Positions 9,564 through 20,085 of a stretch of 64,000 nucleotides of DNA are shown here, piece after piece. The notes beneath the pieces are model-generated. The model made no database searches and was not told the DNA's origin. It saw only the letters and a list, made by a program, of their open reading frames with translations. The stretch lies in the NCBI GenBank assembly GCA_963665125.2, contig CAXXUK010000001.1:1056001-1120000 (forward strand). The letters run 5' to 3'. Numbering within the stretch: the stretch's first letter is position 1; each line of letters starts with the position of its first letter. The translations under genes were made by a program, and so were the position numbers. The stretch is from an uncultured Desulfarculus sp. (GTDB lineage Bacteria > Desulfobacterota > Desulfarculia > Desulfarculales > Desulfarculaceae).

Positions 9564-10855
9564 TGGGCCGGTACTGGTATTATTTCGCCCAGATGCTGGG
9601 CCTGGCCGCGGCCGCGCCTTGGCTGGCCGCCCGCTTTGCCAGGGGCCGCTACCGCAGCATCACCCTGGCTCGGCTGGGCCTGGGTTCATCCTGGCTAAAT
9701 ATTCCGCCACGGCCCGGCGGCATCTGGCTCCATGCCCTGAGCGTGGGTGAGGTGCGCTCGGCATTGCCCTTGGTCCGTCGTCTTGCCCGGAATTTCCCCG
9801 GCAAGCCGCTGATTTTCTCCGTGGCCACGGCCCAAGGCATGGCCATGGCCCAGGAGCAATTGGCCAACGAGCCGGTGACGCTGTTGGTGCGGCCCATCGA
9901 CGTGCCCTGGGCCGTGGACCGGGTGGTTGGTGCCTTGCGGCCGTCGCTGTTTTGCCTGGTGGAGGGCGATATCTGGCCCGCCTGGAACTGGGCCCTGGCC
10001 AAACGCGGCGTTCCCAGTATTTTGATCAACGGCAGGGTCAGTCCTCGCACCTTCAAGGGCTACCGCCGCCTGGGTCCCATGGCCAAGGGCCTGCTCAACG
10101 GCTTTGACCGGATCTTGGTCCAGACGGCCACGGACTTTGAGCGCCTGGACGCCGTGGGCATTGATCCAAGCAAGTTGCAGATCGGCGGCAACCTGAAGTT
10201 CGACAGCGCGCCCGAGCCGCTGAGCCCGGAGCAGGCCTCTGAAATGGGCCGTGAGCTGGGCCTGGATGGCCGAACGGTGTTTGTGGCCGGCTCCACCCAC
10301 GAAGGCGAGGAGGAGCCTTGCCTGGACGCTCTGGCGGCCCTCAAGAGGCATGAACCGAACACGGCGCTGCTGTTGGCCCCCAGGGAAATCCACCGGGGCG
10401 GGGCGGTGGCCGCCCTGGCCCGGCAGCGCGGCTTCAGCGTTGCCCAGGTTTCGGAAGGAACTCCTCCTCCGGGATGCGACGTGGTGGTCCTGGACGTGCT
10501 GGGCCGTTTGGCCCAGGCCTATGCCTTGGGCCGGGCGGCGTTCGTGGGCGGCTCTTTGTGCAATGTGGGCGGCCACAACCTGCTGGAACCCGCCGCCCAT
10601 GGCGTGCCTGTGGTGTTCGGGACCATAATGCATAACTTTAAGGAAATGTCGGAAGACCTTGAAAAAACAGGCGGAGCTGTGCGCATAGAGCGGGGCGGTG
10701 AGCTTGTCGACGTGTGGCAAGGCTTTCTGCAAGATCCGGGCAAGGCCAAAGCCATGGGCCAAAAGGCCCGCGAGTTTTGCCTGTCCCACAGGGGGGCGCT
10801 GGACAAGGTCGTGGCCGAGATCAGCTCGCTGATGGAGAGCCGGGATGCCCGTTAA
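9563..10855 (+). CDS. waaA: Kdo transferase
   Basis: IWLHALSVGE, GNLKFD, AGSTHEGEE, GGSL...GGHNLLEPA; the ATG overlaps the arnD stop. Confidence 0.93.
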   Translation: MGRYWYYFAQMLGLAAAAPWLAARFARGRYRSITLARLGLGSSWLNIPPRPGGIWLHALSVGEVRSALPLVRRLARNFPGKPLIFSVATAQGMAMAQEQLANEPVTLLVRPIDVPWAVDRVVGALRPSLFCLVEGDIWPAWNWALAKRGVPSILINGRVSPRTFKGYRRLGPMAKGLLNGFDRILVQTATDFERLDAVGIDPSKLQIGGNLKFDSAPEPLSPEQASEMGRELGLDGRTVFVAGSTHEGEEEPCLDALAALKRHEPNTALLLAPREIHRGGAVAALARQRGFSVAQVSEGTPPPGCDVVVLDVLGRLAQAYALGRAAFVGGSLCNVGGHNLLEPAAHGVPVVFGTIMHNFKEMSEDLEKTGGAVRIERGGELVDVWQGFLQDPGKAKAMGQKAREFCLSHRGALDKVVAEISSLMESRDAR

Positions 10856-11948
10856 GCAGGGCGGCGGCCTGTTGCGCCTGGTGGCCGGCAATTGGCCCGG
10901 CCCCTGGTGGCTGGGGCCGTTGCGCGCAGTGGCCTGGGGCGGGTCCAAGCTCTACGGCCTGGGGGCCTGGCTCGACCGGGCGTCATACGACCTGCATTGG
11001 CGGCAGCGCGGCAAGCTGGATGCACCGGTGATTTCGGTGGGCAATATAACCATTGGCGGCACGGGCAAGACCCCCCTGACCATGGCCGTGGCCAGGGCCA
11101 TAGCCGAAATGGGCCGCCAACCGGCCGTCATCAGCCGGGGCTACGGTGGCAACAGCGATGCGGATGTGGCCTGGGTCTGGCGCGGCGGCGAACTGGTCGG
11201 CAATGCAAAGCAATGCGGTGACGAGCCCGTACTCATGGCCAAGCGCCTGAAAATACCGGTGGCCGTTGGCCGAGACCGTTGCCAGGTGGGCCGGGTTGTT
11301 CTGTCCCAATACCCGGACGCGGTTTTGGTGGGCGACGACATGTTTCAACACCATCGCCTGCACCGCGACCTGGACATAGTGGCGGTGGACGCCTTGGACC
11401 CACTGGGGGGCGGGGCGATGCTGCCCAGGGGCCTTTTGCGGGAACCTTCCGCACGGTTGCGGCGGGCCGGAGTGATCATCCAGACCAGGGCCGACGACGC
11501 CGAGGCTACGATAAAGTCTCGGCGCTTGCTGCGCGGGATATGTGGGAGCGATATTCCCATCATCGCGGCACGGCATATCATCAGCGGCTTTGAAGGGGCG
11601 GATGGCTCTTTCAGCAGGCCAAGCGCCATGGCCGGGAAAAAGGCCTTCGCTTTTTGCGGGTTGGCCGATCCAGAGCAGTTCGGCCGGGGCCTGGAAAAAT
11701 TGGGCATCGGCCTGGCCGGGCTGGAGCCCTTTGGCGATCATCATTCCTACACAAGGGAAGATCTGGCAATTATTGAGAAAAAGGCTACAATTGCCAATGC
11801 AGACTGCCTGATCTGTTCGGAAAAGGACTGGGTCAAGCTCCAAGGCATGGAATTTGGCAAGCTGCCGCTGTTGGTCGCCCGGCTGGAAATGAAGTTTGAA
11901 GATCAGGGCGAGGCGCTCAGGCAAGCGCTGAGCCGTGTTCTTTTATAA
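10845..11948 (+). CDS. lpxK: Tetraacyldisaccharide 4'-kinase
   Basis: VISVGNITIGGTGKTP, SRGYG, GDEP, DDMFQH, PRGLLRE, DHH and EKDWVK. Confidence 0.95.
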   Translation: MPVKQGGGLLRLVAGNWPGPWWLGPLRAVAWGGSKLYGLGAWLDRASYDLHWRQRGKLDAPVISVGNITIGGTGKTPLTMAVARAIAEMGRQPAVISRGYGGNSDADVAWVWRGGELVGNAKQCGDEPVLMAKRLKIPVAVGRDRCQVGRVVLSQYPDAVLVGDDMFQHHRLHRDLDIVAVDALDPLGGGAMLPRGLLREPSARLRRAGVIIQTRADDAEATIKSRRLLRGICGSDIPIIAARHIISGFEGADGSFSRPSAMAGKKAFAFCGLADPEQFGRGLEKLGIGLAGLEPFGDHHSYTREDLAIIEKKATIANADCLICSEKDWVKLQGMEFGKLPLLVARLEMKFEDQGEALRQALSRVLL

Positions 11949-11963
11949 AAGAAAGTTCGCACG

Positions 11964-12863
11964 TTGAACGTTGCTTACCATATTCTGCGTTCGTTTTTAT
12001 GGGTTCTTTCATGGCTTCCCTGGGGGCTGGCCCGTTTTGTGGGCCGCGTACTGGGCCAGCTAGGCCTGGGGCTGGATAAACGGCACAGGGAAATCGTCCT
12101 CAACAACCTGCGTCAGTCATATCCAGACAAGAACGAGGCCTGGATCAGAGACACGGCCCGCCGTTGCTTTGAGCATGTGGGCATAGTCTTCCTTGAGTTG
12201 CCCAAGCTGGTGCGCTACACCCCCAGGCAGATGGCCAAAATCACCCGGATCCACAACAAGCAAAACCTGGACAATCTCGTCGCCCAGGGCCGGGGCGTTA
12301 TCCTGCTCACGGGCCATCTTGGCAACTGGGAATGGGTCAATGCCATGGGTAAGGCCGTTTTCGAGCCCGATGTTTCGGTTGTGGCCCGGCCCATAGACTG
12401 GAAACCGGCCGACGACCTGGTCAATTCCTGGCGCACCAAGGACGGCTCGGAGATCGTACCAAAGGACGGCTCGGCAAGGGCCCTTTTGAAGCGCCTGCGT
12501 TCCGGCGGCGGTATCGCCTTGCTCCTGGACCAGAATGTAGATTGGTACGATGGCCAATGGGTCGAGTTTTTCGGCCGTCCGGCCTGCTCCAACAAGGGCG
12601 CGGCCCTGCTGGCCATGAAGACCAAGGCCCCGGTGGTTGCTATTTGGTGCTTTCGAGGCGATGACGGCAAGTTTGATGTTTATATCGGCGACACCCTGCC
12701 GCTGGTCGAAACCGGCAACAAGCTCCAGGATGTCTGGGACAACACCCAGATATACCAGGCTGAACTGGAACGGATAATCCGCATGAAGCCCGAACAGTGG
12801 TTCTGGATGCATCAGCGCTGGAAGACAAAGCCGTTCCACTATTGGCCCCGGAAAAATAATTGA
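11964..12863 (+). CDS. lpxL: Lipid A late acyltransferase (LpxL/HtrB family)
   Basis: GHLGNWE, LLDQ, FFGRPA and PEQWFWMHQRWK. Confidence 0.88.
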   Translation: MNVAYHILRSFLWVLSWLPWGLARFVGRVLGQLGLGLDKRHREIVLNNLRQSYPDKNEAWIRDTARRCFEHVGIVFLELPKLVRYTPRQMAKITRIHNKQNLDNLVAQGRGVILLTGHLGNWEWVNAMGKAVFEPDVSVVARPIDWKPADDLVNSWRTKDGSEIVPKDGSARALLKRLRSGGGIALLLDQNVDWYDGQWVEFFGRPACSNKGAALLAMKTKAPVVAIWCFRGDDGKFDVYIGDTLPLVETGNKLQDVWDNTQIYQAELERIIRMKPEQWFWMHQRWKTKPFHYWPRKNN

Positions 12864-13942
12864 TCCGAAGCAGCTCAAATACCAAAGCCAAACGCGTGTT
12901 GATCCGGGCAACCAACTGGGTCGGCGACGCGGTGATGACTTTGCCCGCCGTTGACGCCATGGCCGAGGCCTGGCCCGACGCCGAATTGCATGTATTGGCC
13001 AAGCCCTGGGTGGGCGCGGTGTACCAGGGCCATCCGGCCGTGCGGCGGATCGTGGCGGTGGAGGAACCGGGCCGCCACCAGGGCTGGAAGGGCCGCCTGG
13101 GCCTGGCCGCCGAGTTGCGCGGCGGCGGCTACGACATGGCCGTGCTCTTGCAAAACGCCTTTGGCGCGGCCTTGGTGGCCTGGGCCGCCCGCATCCCCCG
13201 GCGCATCGGCTACAGCCGCGACGGGCGGGGCCTGCTGCTGACCTCGGCCGTGCCCTGCGGCCCGGACGTGCGGGCGGTGCACGAGACATCCTATTATCTG
13301 CATATGCTCAGGGGCGCGGGCCTGACTATGGACCCGCCGCCGGACGAGGGCGTAGCGCCTGTCCTGCGGATAGGCCAGGAAGATCGGGCCTGGGCCGGGG
13401 AGTTCCTGGCCCAAAACAACCTGGACGGTAAAAAGCTGCTGGGAATCGCTCCGGGCGCGGCATTCGGCCCGGCCAAGTGCTGGCCAGCCGAACGATACGC
13501 CCAAACGGCGGATATGCTCTGCGCAGAGGGCTACGAGCATGTTCTTTTGTTCGGCAGCAAGGGCGAGGCCGAGGCCACCAGGGCCGTGTCCCGGGATGCT
13601 ACAGAGGCCCGATGCCTGGATTTGGCCGGAGGCACCGGTCTGGGCCAGGCCCTGGCCCTGCTGGAACGGCTGGATCTGTTCCTGACCAACGACAGCGGCC
13701 TGATGCACGCTGCCGCGGCCCTGGGCGTGCCTACGGTGGCTGTCTTCGGCTCCACCAATCCCACCACCACCGGACCCCTGGGCCCCAGGGTGGCCATAGT
13801 GCGCAAACCCGTTGACTGCGCGCCGTGCAAAAAGCCCCAATGCCCGACAGGCGACATGCGCTGTTTTTCGGTCATATCGCCGGATGATGTATTTGCCGCA
13901 GCCCTTGCGCTGACCGGACGGGGAGGCAAGGCCGATGGCTAG
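12860..13942 (+). CDS. waaF: LPS heptosyltransferase II (GT9)
   Basis: NWVGDAVM, PGAAFGPAKCWP, NDSGLMH and FGST. Confidence 0.9.
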   Translation: MIRSSSNTKAKRVLIRATNWVGDAVMTLPAVDAMAEAWPDAELHVLAKPWVGAVYQGHPAVRRIVAVEEPGRHQGWKGRLGLAAELRGGGYDMAVLLQNAFGAALVAWAARIPRRIGYSRDGRGLLLTSAVPCGPDVRAVHETSYYLHMLRGAGLTMDPPPDEGVAPVLRIGQEDRAWAGEFLAQNNLDGKKLLGIAPGAAFGPAKCWPAERYAQTADMLCAEGYEHVLLFGSKGEAEATRAVSRDATEARCLDLAGGTGLGQALALLERLDLFLTNDSGLMHAAAALGVPTVAVFGSTNPTTTGPLGPRVAIVRKPVDCAPCKKPQCPTGDMRCFSVISPDDVFAAALALTGRGGKADG

Positions 13943-14507
13943 ACGCAAGGCCGTATTCCTGGACCGGGACGGGACCATGGTCCGCGAGGTCAACTACCTC
14001 AGCCGTCCCGAAGACGCCGAGCTGTTGCCCGGCGCGGGCCGAGCCATAGCCGGGCTGCGCAAGGCCGGATTCGCCGTGGTGGTGATAAGCAATCAGTCCG
14101 GCATTGCCAGGGGCTATTTCACCCACGACGACCTGCAAGCGGTGCAGGACGAGATAACTCGGCAACTTGCCGAACACGGCGCTGAAATCGACGGCTGGTA
14201 CAACTGCGTGCATCATCCCCATGGCGAGGTCGAGGAATTCCGGATGGTCTGCGGTTGCCGCAAGCCCGAGCCGGGTTTGGTCTATCAGGCCGCGGACGAG
14301 ATGGATCTGGAGCTGGACGGCTCGTATATGGCCGGTGACAGGCACCGGGACGTGGCCTGCGGCAATGCAGCCGGGCTTATCAGCATCCTGGTGCGTTCGG
14401 GCCAGGATGACGGCGAGCCCACCGAAGACATCCAGCGGCCCGATTACGTGGCCGATGATCTGGCCCAGGCCGCCCAATGGATTTTGGCCAGGCTGGGACG
14501 GAACTGA
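13935..14507 (+). CDS. gmhB: D-glycero-manno-heptose 1,7-bisphosphate phosphatase
   Basis: FLDRDGT, SNQSGIARG, C.HHP, CRKPEPG and GDR..D. Confidence 0.93.
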   Translation: MARRKAVFLDRDGTMVREVNYLSRPEDAELLPGAGRAIAGLRKAGFAVVVISNQSGIARGYFTHDDLQAVQDEITRQLAEHGAEIDGWYNCVHHPHGEVEEFRMVCGCRKPEPGLVYQAADEMDLELDGSYMAGDRHRDVACGNAAGLISILVRSGQDDGEPTEDIQRPDYVADDLAQAAQWILARLGRN

Positions 14508-15571
14508 TGAAGATACTTCTGGTCAAGCTGTCTGCGTTCGGCGACGTGGTGCAGACCCTGCCCGTAGCCATGGCCATCCGCAACCAGATGCCAGCCGTTC
14601 GCCTTGACTGGCTTGTGGAGCCTGCCGCATCGGCCATCCTCCAGGGCCACCCGGCTTTGGATAATGTCTTGATAAGCCCCAGGGGCCGCCTCAAGGGCTC
14701 GGCGATGGGAAAAATGGGCCAGATGTGGGGCTTCCGCGACAAGCTCCAGAGCACCCGCTACGACGCGGTGCTCGACTTGCAAGGCCTTATTAAAAGTGGT
14801 ATTTTGGTCTCTCTCAGCAGGGGGAGCCGCAAGATCGGATTCAGCGGCGGCAAGGAGCCTGCGGCCGCCCTGGCCCTGAACGAAAAAATGCCGCCGTACG
14901 ATCCCGACCGTCACGCCCTTCAACGATATCTCGACCTGCTGGAGCCCCTGGGCCTGCAACGCCCGGCTGTCATCGAATACGGCCTTGAGCCAACCGCAGC
15001 CGAGGATATGCAGGTTGACGGCTTGCTGCAAGGCCTGGATCACGGCAGGCCCCTGGTTGTGATGCATCCGGTGGCCCTGTGGGACAGCAAGCTCTGGCCA
15101 ATGGCTCACTGGGCCGCCCTGGCTGGGATGCTGGCCGGGCAGGGATGCAACATGGTTGTCACCGGCACGGCGGCAGACAGGCCCTGGGCCGAGGCCATGG
15201 TCAAGGGCTGCGAAGCGGCCGGTGTGCCCCGCGACCTGACCGGCAAGACCGACATGCGCGTCCTTGCCGCGCTGATGAAACGGGCCGACGCGGTGGTAAG
15301 CACCGATACGGGGGCCATGCATCTGGCGGCGGCCATGAACACGCCCGTGGTGGCCCTGTTCGGGCCCACGGCCCCCTGGCGCACGGGGCCTTTCGGGCAG
15401 GTGCAAAACGTGATCCGTCTGGGCCTGGATTGCAGCCCGTGCTTCAAGCGCACCTGCGAAGATTGCCGCTGCATGAGCGGCATTACGCCAGAGAGCGTGG
15501 CTTCGGCAGTGGCTGAAAAGCTTGCGCATAAACAAATCGCTGTCAAAGGAAACAAAGATGGCTCTGAATAA
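14507..15571 (+). CDS. waaC: LPS heptosyltransferase I-like (GT9)
   Basis: MKILLVKLSAFGDVV, DWLVE, DLQGLIKS, DTGAMHLA and FGPT. Confidence 0.8.
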   Translation: MKILLVKLSAFGDVVQTLPVAMAIRNQMPAVRLDWLVEPAASAILQGHPALDNVLISPRGRLKGSAMGKMGQMWGFRDKLQSTRYDAVLDLQGLIKSGILVSLSRGSRKIGFSGGKEPAAALALNEKMPPYDPDRHALQRYLDLLEPLGLQRPAVIEYGLEPTAAEDMQVDGLLQGLDHGRPLVVMHPVALWDSKLWPMAHWAALAGMLAGQGCNMVVTGTAADRPWAEAMVKGCEAAGVPRDLTGKTDMRVLAALMKRADAVVSTDTGAMHLAAAMNTPVVALFGPTAPWRTGPFGQVQNVIRLGLDCSPCFKRTCEDCRCMSGITPESVASAVAEKLAHKQIAVKGNKDGSE

Positions 15572-15731
15572 GGAACTGTTGGAAATCCTGGTGTGTCCCC
15601 AGTGCAAACAGCCGGTGGAGCCCACCGAAGACTGGGCCTGGCTGGATTGCAGGCAATGCAAATTGCGCTACGAAGTAAGAAACGACGTGCCCATCATGCT
15701 GGTGGACCAGGCCCGGCCTCTGGAAGACTAG
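15558..15731 (+). CDS. Trm112/YcaR family small Zn-ribbon protein
   Basis: MALNKELLEILVCPQCK...C..C...Y.V...VPIML..QA. Confidence 0.9.
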   Translation: MALNKELLEILVCPQCKQPVEPTEDWAWLDCRQCKLRYEVRNDVPIMLVDQARPLED

Positions 15732-15735
15732 TGAA

Positions 15736-16800
15736 ATGAACCGGCAAGCGCCCGCCTCGGTAAAAAGAGCGCTGGTGATCAAGCTGGGCCATATCGGCGA
15801 CGTATTGGTGACCACGCCGGTTGTCCGGGCCCTGCATGAGGCCTGGCCCGGCGTGCGCGTGACCATGGTGGTCAACCAGGGCACCGAAGCCATGGTTGAC
15901 CACAACCCGCAAATAGAACAGGTGTTGGTGGTCAGGCGCGACCTGAACGGCATGGCCGCTTTGCGCGGCCAACTGGCCCTTTTGGGCGCGCTGCGTTCCA
16001 GCCGGTTTGATCTGGCCCTGGAACTCAGCGGCGGCGACCGGGGCGCGTTGCTTTGCCGGGCCAGCGGGGCAGGGCTGCGGGTGGGTTTTGAGCCCAAAAA
16101 AACCCATTTCCGGGCCAAGGCGTTTCATATGCTGGTGGATCAGCGGGGCACCCAGAATCATGTGGTGGATACGTTTCTGCGCCAGCCCAGGGCCCTTGGT
16201 TTGGAGCCCGATGACACGCGAATGCTATTCGAGCCGGGCAGGGAGGCCAAGGCTAGGGCGGAGGGCATCCTTACAGAAGCTGGGCTCACCGACAGACCTT
16301 TTGCTTTGGTTCATCCCACCAGCCGCTGGATGTTCAAGTGCTGGACCACCGGCGGCGTGGCCGAGGTTATAGGCCGCCTCCGGGAACGCGGATTGGCTAT
16401 TGTGCTGACCTGCGCTCCGGATGAACATGAAATGCGGTATAATTACCAGGTTTTGGAAAAGGCCGGCACACAAGATGTCCTGGACCTTTCGGGCAAGGTC
16501 GACTTGCTCCTGCTGGGTGCGTTGATAGAACGCGCCAAACTTTTTTTCGGTGTGGATAGCGCGCCCATGCACATGGCCGCGGCCCTGGGCACACCCGTGG
16601 CGGCGATTTTCGGGCCGTCCGGCGATGTCATGTGGGGGCCCTGGAAAGTGGCCAACCAGACGATTACCGGCGATTGCACGGAGAGGCCCTGCGGCCGTGA
16701 CGGCTGCAACGGCAGCAAGGTGAGCCGCTGTCTGGAAGAACTGGAGCCCGGCAAGGTAATCACCGCCGTCGATGTCCTGCTGAACGAGGCAACGAACTGA
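15736..16800 (+). CDS. waaQ: Heptosyltransferase III-like (GT9, RfaQ/WaaQ)
   Basis: IKLGHIGDVL, HPTSRWMFKCW, GVDSAPMHMAAA and FGPS. Confidence 0.82.
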   Translation: MNRQAPASVKRALVIKLGHIGDVLVTTPVVRALHEAWPGVRVTMVVNQGTEAMVDHNPQIEQVLVVRRDLNGMAALRGQLALLGALRSSRFDLALELSGGDRGALLCRASGAGLRVGFEPKKTHFRAKAFHMLVDQRGTQNHVVDTFLRQPRALGLEPDDTRMLFEPGREAKARAEGILTEAGLTDRPFALVHPTSRWMFKCWTTGGVAEVIGRLRERGLAIVLTCAPDEHEMRYNYQVLEKAGTQDVLDLSGKVDLLLLGALIERAKLFFGVDSAPMHMAAALGTPVAAIFGPSGDVMWGPWKVANQTITGDCTERPCGRDGCNGSKVSRCLEELEPGKVITAVDVLLNEATN

Positions 16801-17906
16801 TGCGCATAGGCCTGGCCAGATTCAAATACGACGACTCCGGCGGTGCGGAGAAGTCCCTTTTGCTGCTGGCCAAGGGGCTCATGGACAGGGGGCACGAGGT
16901 CCACGTGGTGACCACTAACTGGCAGGGCGACAGGCCCGAGGGCCTGCACGTACACTATGCCTTTGTGGACAACACGCCGCCCCGGGCGCAACTCAAGGAT
17001 TGGGCTCTGGCTTCCAGGGTGCAGATGGCCAAATGCAAGGTTAATACTTTTTTGAGCCTCGACCGCATACCCGGCAGTCCGGTGGTTCGGGCCGGGGACG
17101 GCTGCCACGCCGCCTGGCTGGATAGACGCTCGGTGTATTGCTCGGCCTTGAAGCGCTGGTCGTTCGAGGTCAATCCCAAGCACCGCACTTTTCTGGATCT
17201 GGAACGGCGGACCTTTGCCGCGCCGGAATTGCAGAGGGTCATCGCCAACAGCAACATGGTGGCCAGGGAACTGCACCAATATTGCGGCGTGCCCATGGAA
17301 AAGATCAGCGTGGTCTACAACGGCGTGGATGAAAATCATCTGGGCGCCAGGGCTGATTCTCGGCAAAGGGAACAGGCCAGGCGCGAGTTGCGGATCGACA
17401 AACCGGCCCTATTGTTTCTGGGTTCCGGGTTTGAAAGAAAAGGCCTGGAATTCGCCATCAGGGCCATGGGCCATTTGCCAGATGCCGAGCTTTTGGTGGT
17501 GGGCAAGGACCGCATCGGCCGTTATCAGCGACTGGCCCGCAAAACCGGTGTTGCCGGCAGGATCAGATTCATGGGCAAGCAGAGCGGCATAGCAAGCTTA
17601 TTGGCCGCAGCCGACGCCATGGTTCTGCCCACCATATACGACCCCTGCGCCAATGCCTGCCTGGAGGCCCTTTGGGCCGGGCTGCCGGTGGTTACCACCA
17701 GTGGCAACGGGGCGGCGGAGTTGATCGATCCGGGGCTCAGCGGGTATGTCATCGACAGGCCTGATTTTGATACTGAATTGGCACGGTTGTGCGCGGACGC
17801 CATGAAACTGGACAGAAACTTTACACATAAGGTGCCCACCATGGATAGATGGCTGGACCAGACAATAGCCGTGTTGGAAAACACCGTGGCCGGAGGGCGG
17901 CAATGA
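16800..17906 (+). CDS. LPS core glycosyltransferase (GT4, WaaG/WabG-like)
   Basis: GGAE, RAGDGCH, ANSNMV, YNGVD, GSGFERKGL and PTIYDP.ANA.LEA. Confidence 0.85.
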   Translation: MRIGLARFKYDDSGGAEKSLLLLAKGLMDRGHEVHVVTTNWQGDRPEGLHVHYAFVDNTPPRAQLKDWALASRVQMAKCKVNTFLSLDRIPGSPVVRAGDGCHAAWLDRRSVYCSALKRWSFEVNPKHRTFLDLERRTFAAPELQRVIANSNMVARELHQYCGVPMEKISVVYNGVDENHLGARADSRQREQARRELRIDKPALLFLGSGFERKGLEFAIRAMGHLPDAELLVVGKDRIGRYQRLARKTGVAGRIRFMGKQSGIASLLAAADAMVLPTIYDPCANACLEALWAGLPVVTTSGNGAAELIDPGLSGYVIDRPDFDTELARLCADAMKLDRNFTHKVPTMDRWLDQTIAVLENTVAGGRQ

Positions 17907-18907
17907 ACAGGCCCAAGGCCTTGGCCGTCTGCACCACGGCCATCGGAGATACGCTGTTGAGCATACCGGCCCTGGAATGTCTGGGCCGCTCGTACGACCT
18001 CGACGTTTTGGTGCATCAACACCGCCTGGCCCTGCTGGAGAACCAGCCCCACATACGCAGGCTTTTTGCTTATCGCAACAATGCCGTTTTTCGTCTTACC
18101 CTGGCTTGGCGCCTGTGCCGCATGCATTATGACCGTCTGGTGATCATGCACGCCAACGACGACCTGAAAAAATTGATGCCCAGGATCAAATATGACAAGG
18201 CCTACAACATCCAGGGTTGGCGGGAAAAAGCCCTTAGGATAGAGGCCCTGGACCTGCCCCAGGATATGCATGTGGTGGACAAGCGCCTGATCATGGCTCA
18301 ACTGGCCGGTGGCACTGAAAACGTCGATCCGGCTCCCAGGGTGTACCTGCTGGAGGAGGAAAAGCGCGAGGCCGAAAATTGGCTCGTAGAAAAAGGCCTT
18401 CCCGCCGACAGACGCCGGGTTGCTTTTGTGCCCGGAGCCGCGAATCTTTTTAAGCGCTGGCCTGCCCAGTGCTTCGGTGACGTTGCCAGGCATTTGCATA
18501 AAATGGGCATCGGGGTTTTTTGCGTGGGCACCGGCTCGGAGATGAACCTCTTTGAGGAAATAGAAAAAGTGGCCGGCGCTCCTGTGCCCAGGCTCGTTGA
18601 TGTGCCGCTACGGCGTTTGGCCTCGGGTATAAGCCGGGCCGACATCCTTTTAACCAACGATACGGGCCCGCTGCACATGGGCCAGGCCGTGGGCACCAGG
18701 GTGCTGGGCTTGTTCGGCCCCACGGACCCGGACACCATCGGCCCCAGAGGGCCCCACCATCGCGTCGTCAAGGTTCCCAGGACATGCAATCCCTGCCGGA
18801 CAAAGCAATGCGAAGACCCTAAATGTATGCAAAATCTCAGGGTTGAGCAGGTTCTTGGTGTTTTGGATGAAATGATCGAGCACCTTGATGAAACAGTGGA
18901 GCGTTAG
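17903..18907 (+). CDS. GT9 glycosyltransferase
   Basis: TTAIGDTLL, PGAA..FKRWP, TNDTGPLH and FGPT. Confidence 0.85.
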   Translation: MNRPKALAVCTTAIGDTLLSIPALECLGRSYDLDVLVHQHRLALLENQPHIRRLFAYRNNAVFRLTLAWRLCRMHYDRLVIMHANDDLKKLMPRIKYDKAYNIQGWREKALRIEALDLPQDMHVVDKRLIMAQLAGGTENVDPAPRVYLLEEEKREAENWLVEKGLPADRRRVAFVPGAANLFKRWPAQCFGDVARHLHKMGIGVFCVGTGSEMNLFEEIEKVAGAPVPRLVDVPLRRLASGISRADILLTNDTGPLHMGQAVGTRVLGLFGPTDPDTIGPRGPHHRVVKVPRTCNPCRTKQCEDPKCMQNLRVEQVLGVLDEMIEHLDETVER

Positions 18908-18912
18908 TTCTA

Positions 18913-20085
18913 TTGAGGCTGGCATTCGCATATCCGGAGCATCTCTATTTCGAACGCGCCCGGCTGTTGCAGATCAGCGCCACCATCAAGGCACTGACGG
19001 ACTTGGGAGCGGGGGTGGAGTTTATCGTTGGCCGGTTCAGGGGGCTGGACCAGCGGCTGGCCAAGATGGGGTTGGGCGGCGTCAGCGGCCTTGATGTCAA
19101 TGCCGTTGCCATGTGCCAAAAGGGGCCGGGCAAGATCGCGCCGCTGTCATGGCACGGCGTTTATCACCGGGCCTGCCTAAGGGCGCTGTCCCGGCCCGCC
19201 GCCAAGGGTCTGTCCGCCGTTTTGGTGCGCCATTTGAAACTGGCCGACCATCTGCTGGCCAATAAAACGAAACTGGCTGTGCCCCTTGTCTTTGAAGCCC
19301 ATGAATTGTTCAGCGTCACAGCCCAGGAAGAAGGCATGGGCGGCGAAAAACTCTCCAGTCTGCGCGATATGGAAAAAAGGGTTTTATCTGGCGCGGACAA
19401 GGTTATTGCCATCAGCGCCCCCCTGGCCGATGAGCTGGCTCGCAATTGGGGCGTAAGGAGCAAGGTTGATGTTCTGGCCTCGGGCGTGGATGAAATGTTC
19501 CTTGAAGCCCGCCAGGACCGCCGCCAGGATGATCTGGTGGTGTATGCCGGGGGGCTGGGCCCCTGGAAGGGCGTTGATCTGCTGGTTGACGCTGTTGCCG
19601 AAACCAAAAGCGCCCACCTGGAAATACTCGGCGGTTCGCCCGAGAGCCCGGACTGGCACCGCTTGTTGACCCTGGCCGAACTGGCTGGAATGAGCTCAAG
19701 GATCACCCTGAGGCGCAGGGCCGGGAAAGACCAGGTCCTTGATTTGTTGGAAAGGGCGGCAATCGCCGTATGGCCGGGAACGGCCAGGCAACGGATCGCC
19801 GCCGAGTTTACAAGCCCGCTGAAATTGTTCGAATACATGGCCGCCGGTTGCGCCGTGATGGCTCCAGATGTGCCGGCGGCCAGGGCCTTGTTGCGTGATG
19901 GGCAGCAGGCGGTGCTTTTCGAGCCCGATGATCCGGCGTCCCTGGCCGATGCCATTGAAGCTCTGTTGGCCGATCGCGAAAAAAGGCTTCGGCTGGGCCG
20001 GGCCGCCCGGGAATTGGCCCACGACTACACCTGGCTCAAGAGGGCTCAAAAGCTAATGGCCATTACCGGAGAGATGGCGTCGTGA
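18913..20085 (+). CDS. GT4 glycosyltransferase
   Basis: FEAHE, YAGGL..WKGV and TSPLKLFEYMAAG; TTG start. Confidence 0.85.
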   Translation: MRLAFAYPEHLYFERARLLQISATIKALTDLGAGVEFIVGRFRGLDQRLAKMGLGGVSGLDVNAVAMCQKGPGKIAPLSWHGVYHRACLRALSRPAAKGLSAVLVRHLKLADHLLANKTKLAVPLVFEAHELFSVTAQEEGMGGEKLSSLRDMEKRVLSGADKVIAISAPLADELARNWGVRSKVDVLASGVDEMFLEARQDRRQDDLVVYAGGLGPWKGVDLLVDAVAETKSAHLEILGGSPESPDWHRLLTLAELAGMSSRITLRRRAGKDQVLDLLERAAIAVWPGTARQRIAAEFTSPLKLFEYMAAGCAVMAPDVPAARALLRDGQQAVLFEPDDPASLADAIEALLADREKRLRLGRAARELAHDYTWLKRAQKLMAITGEMAS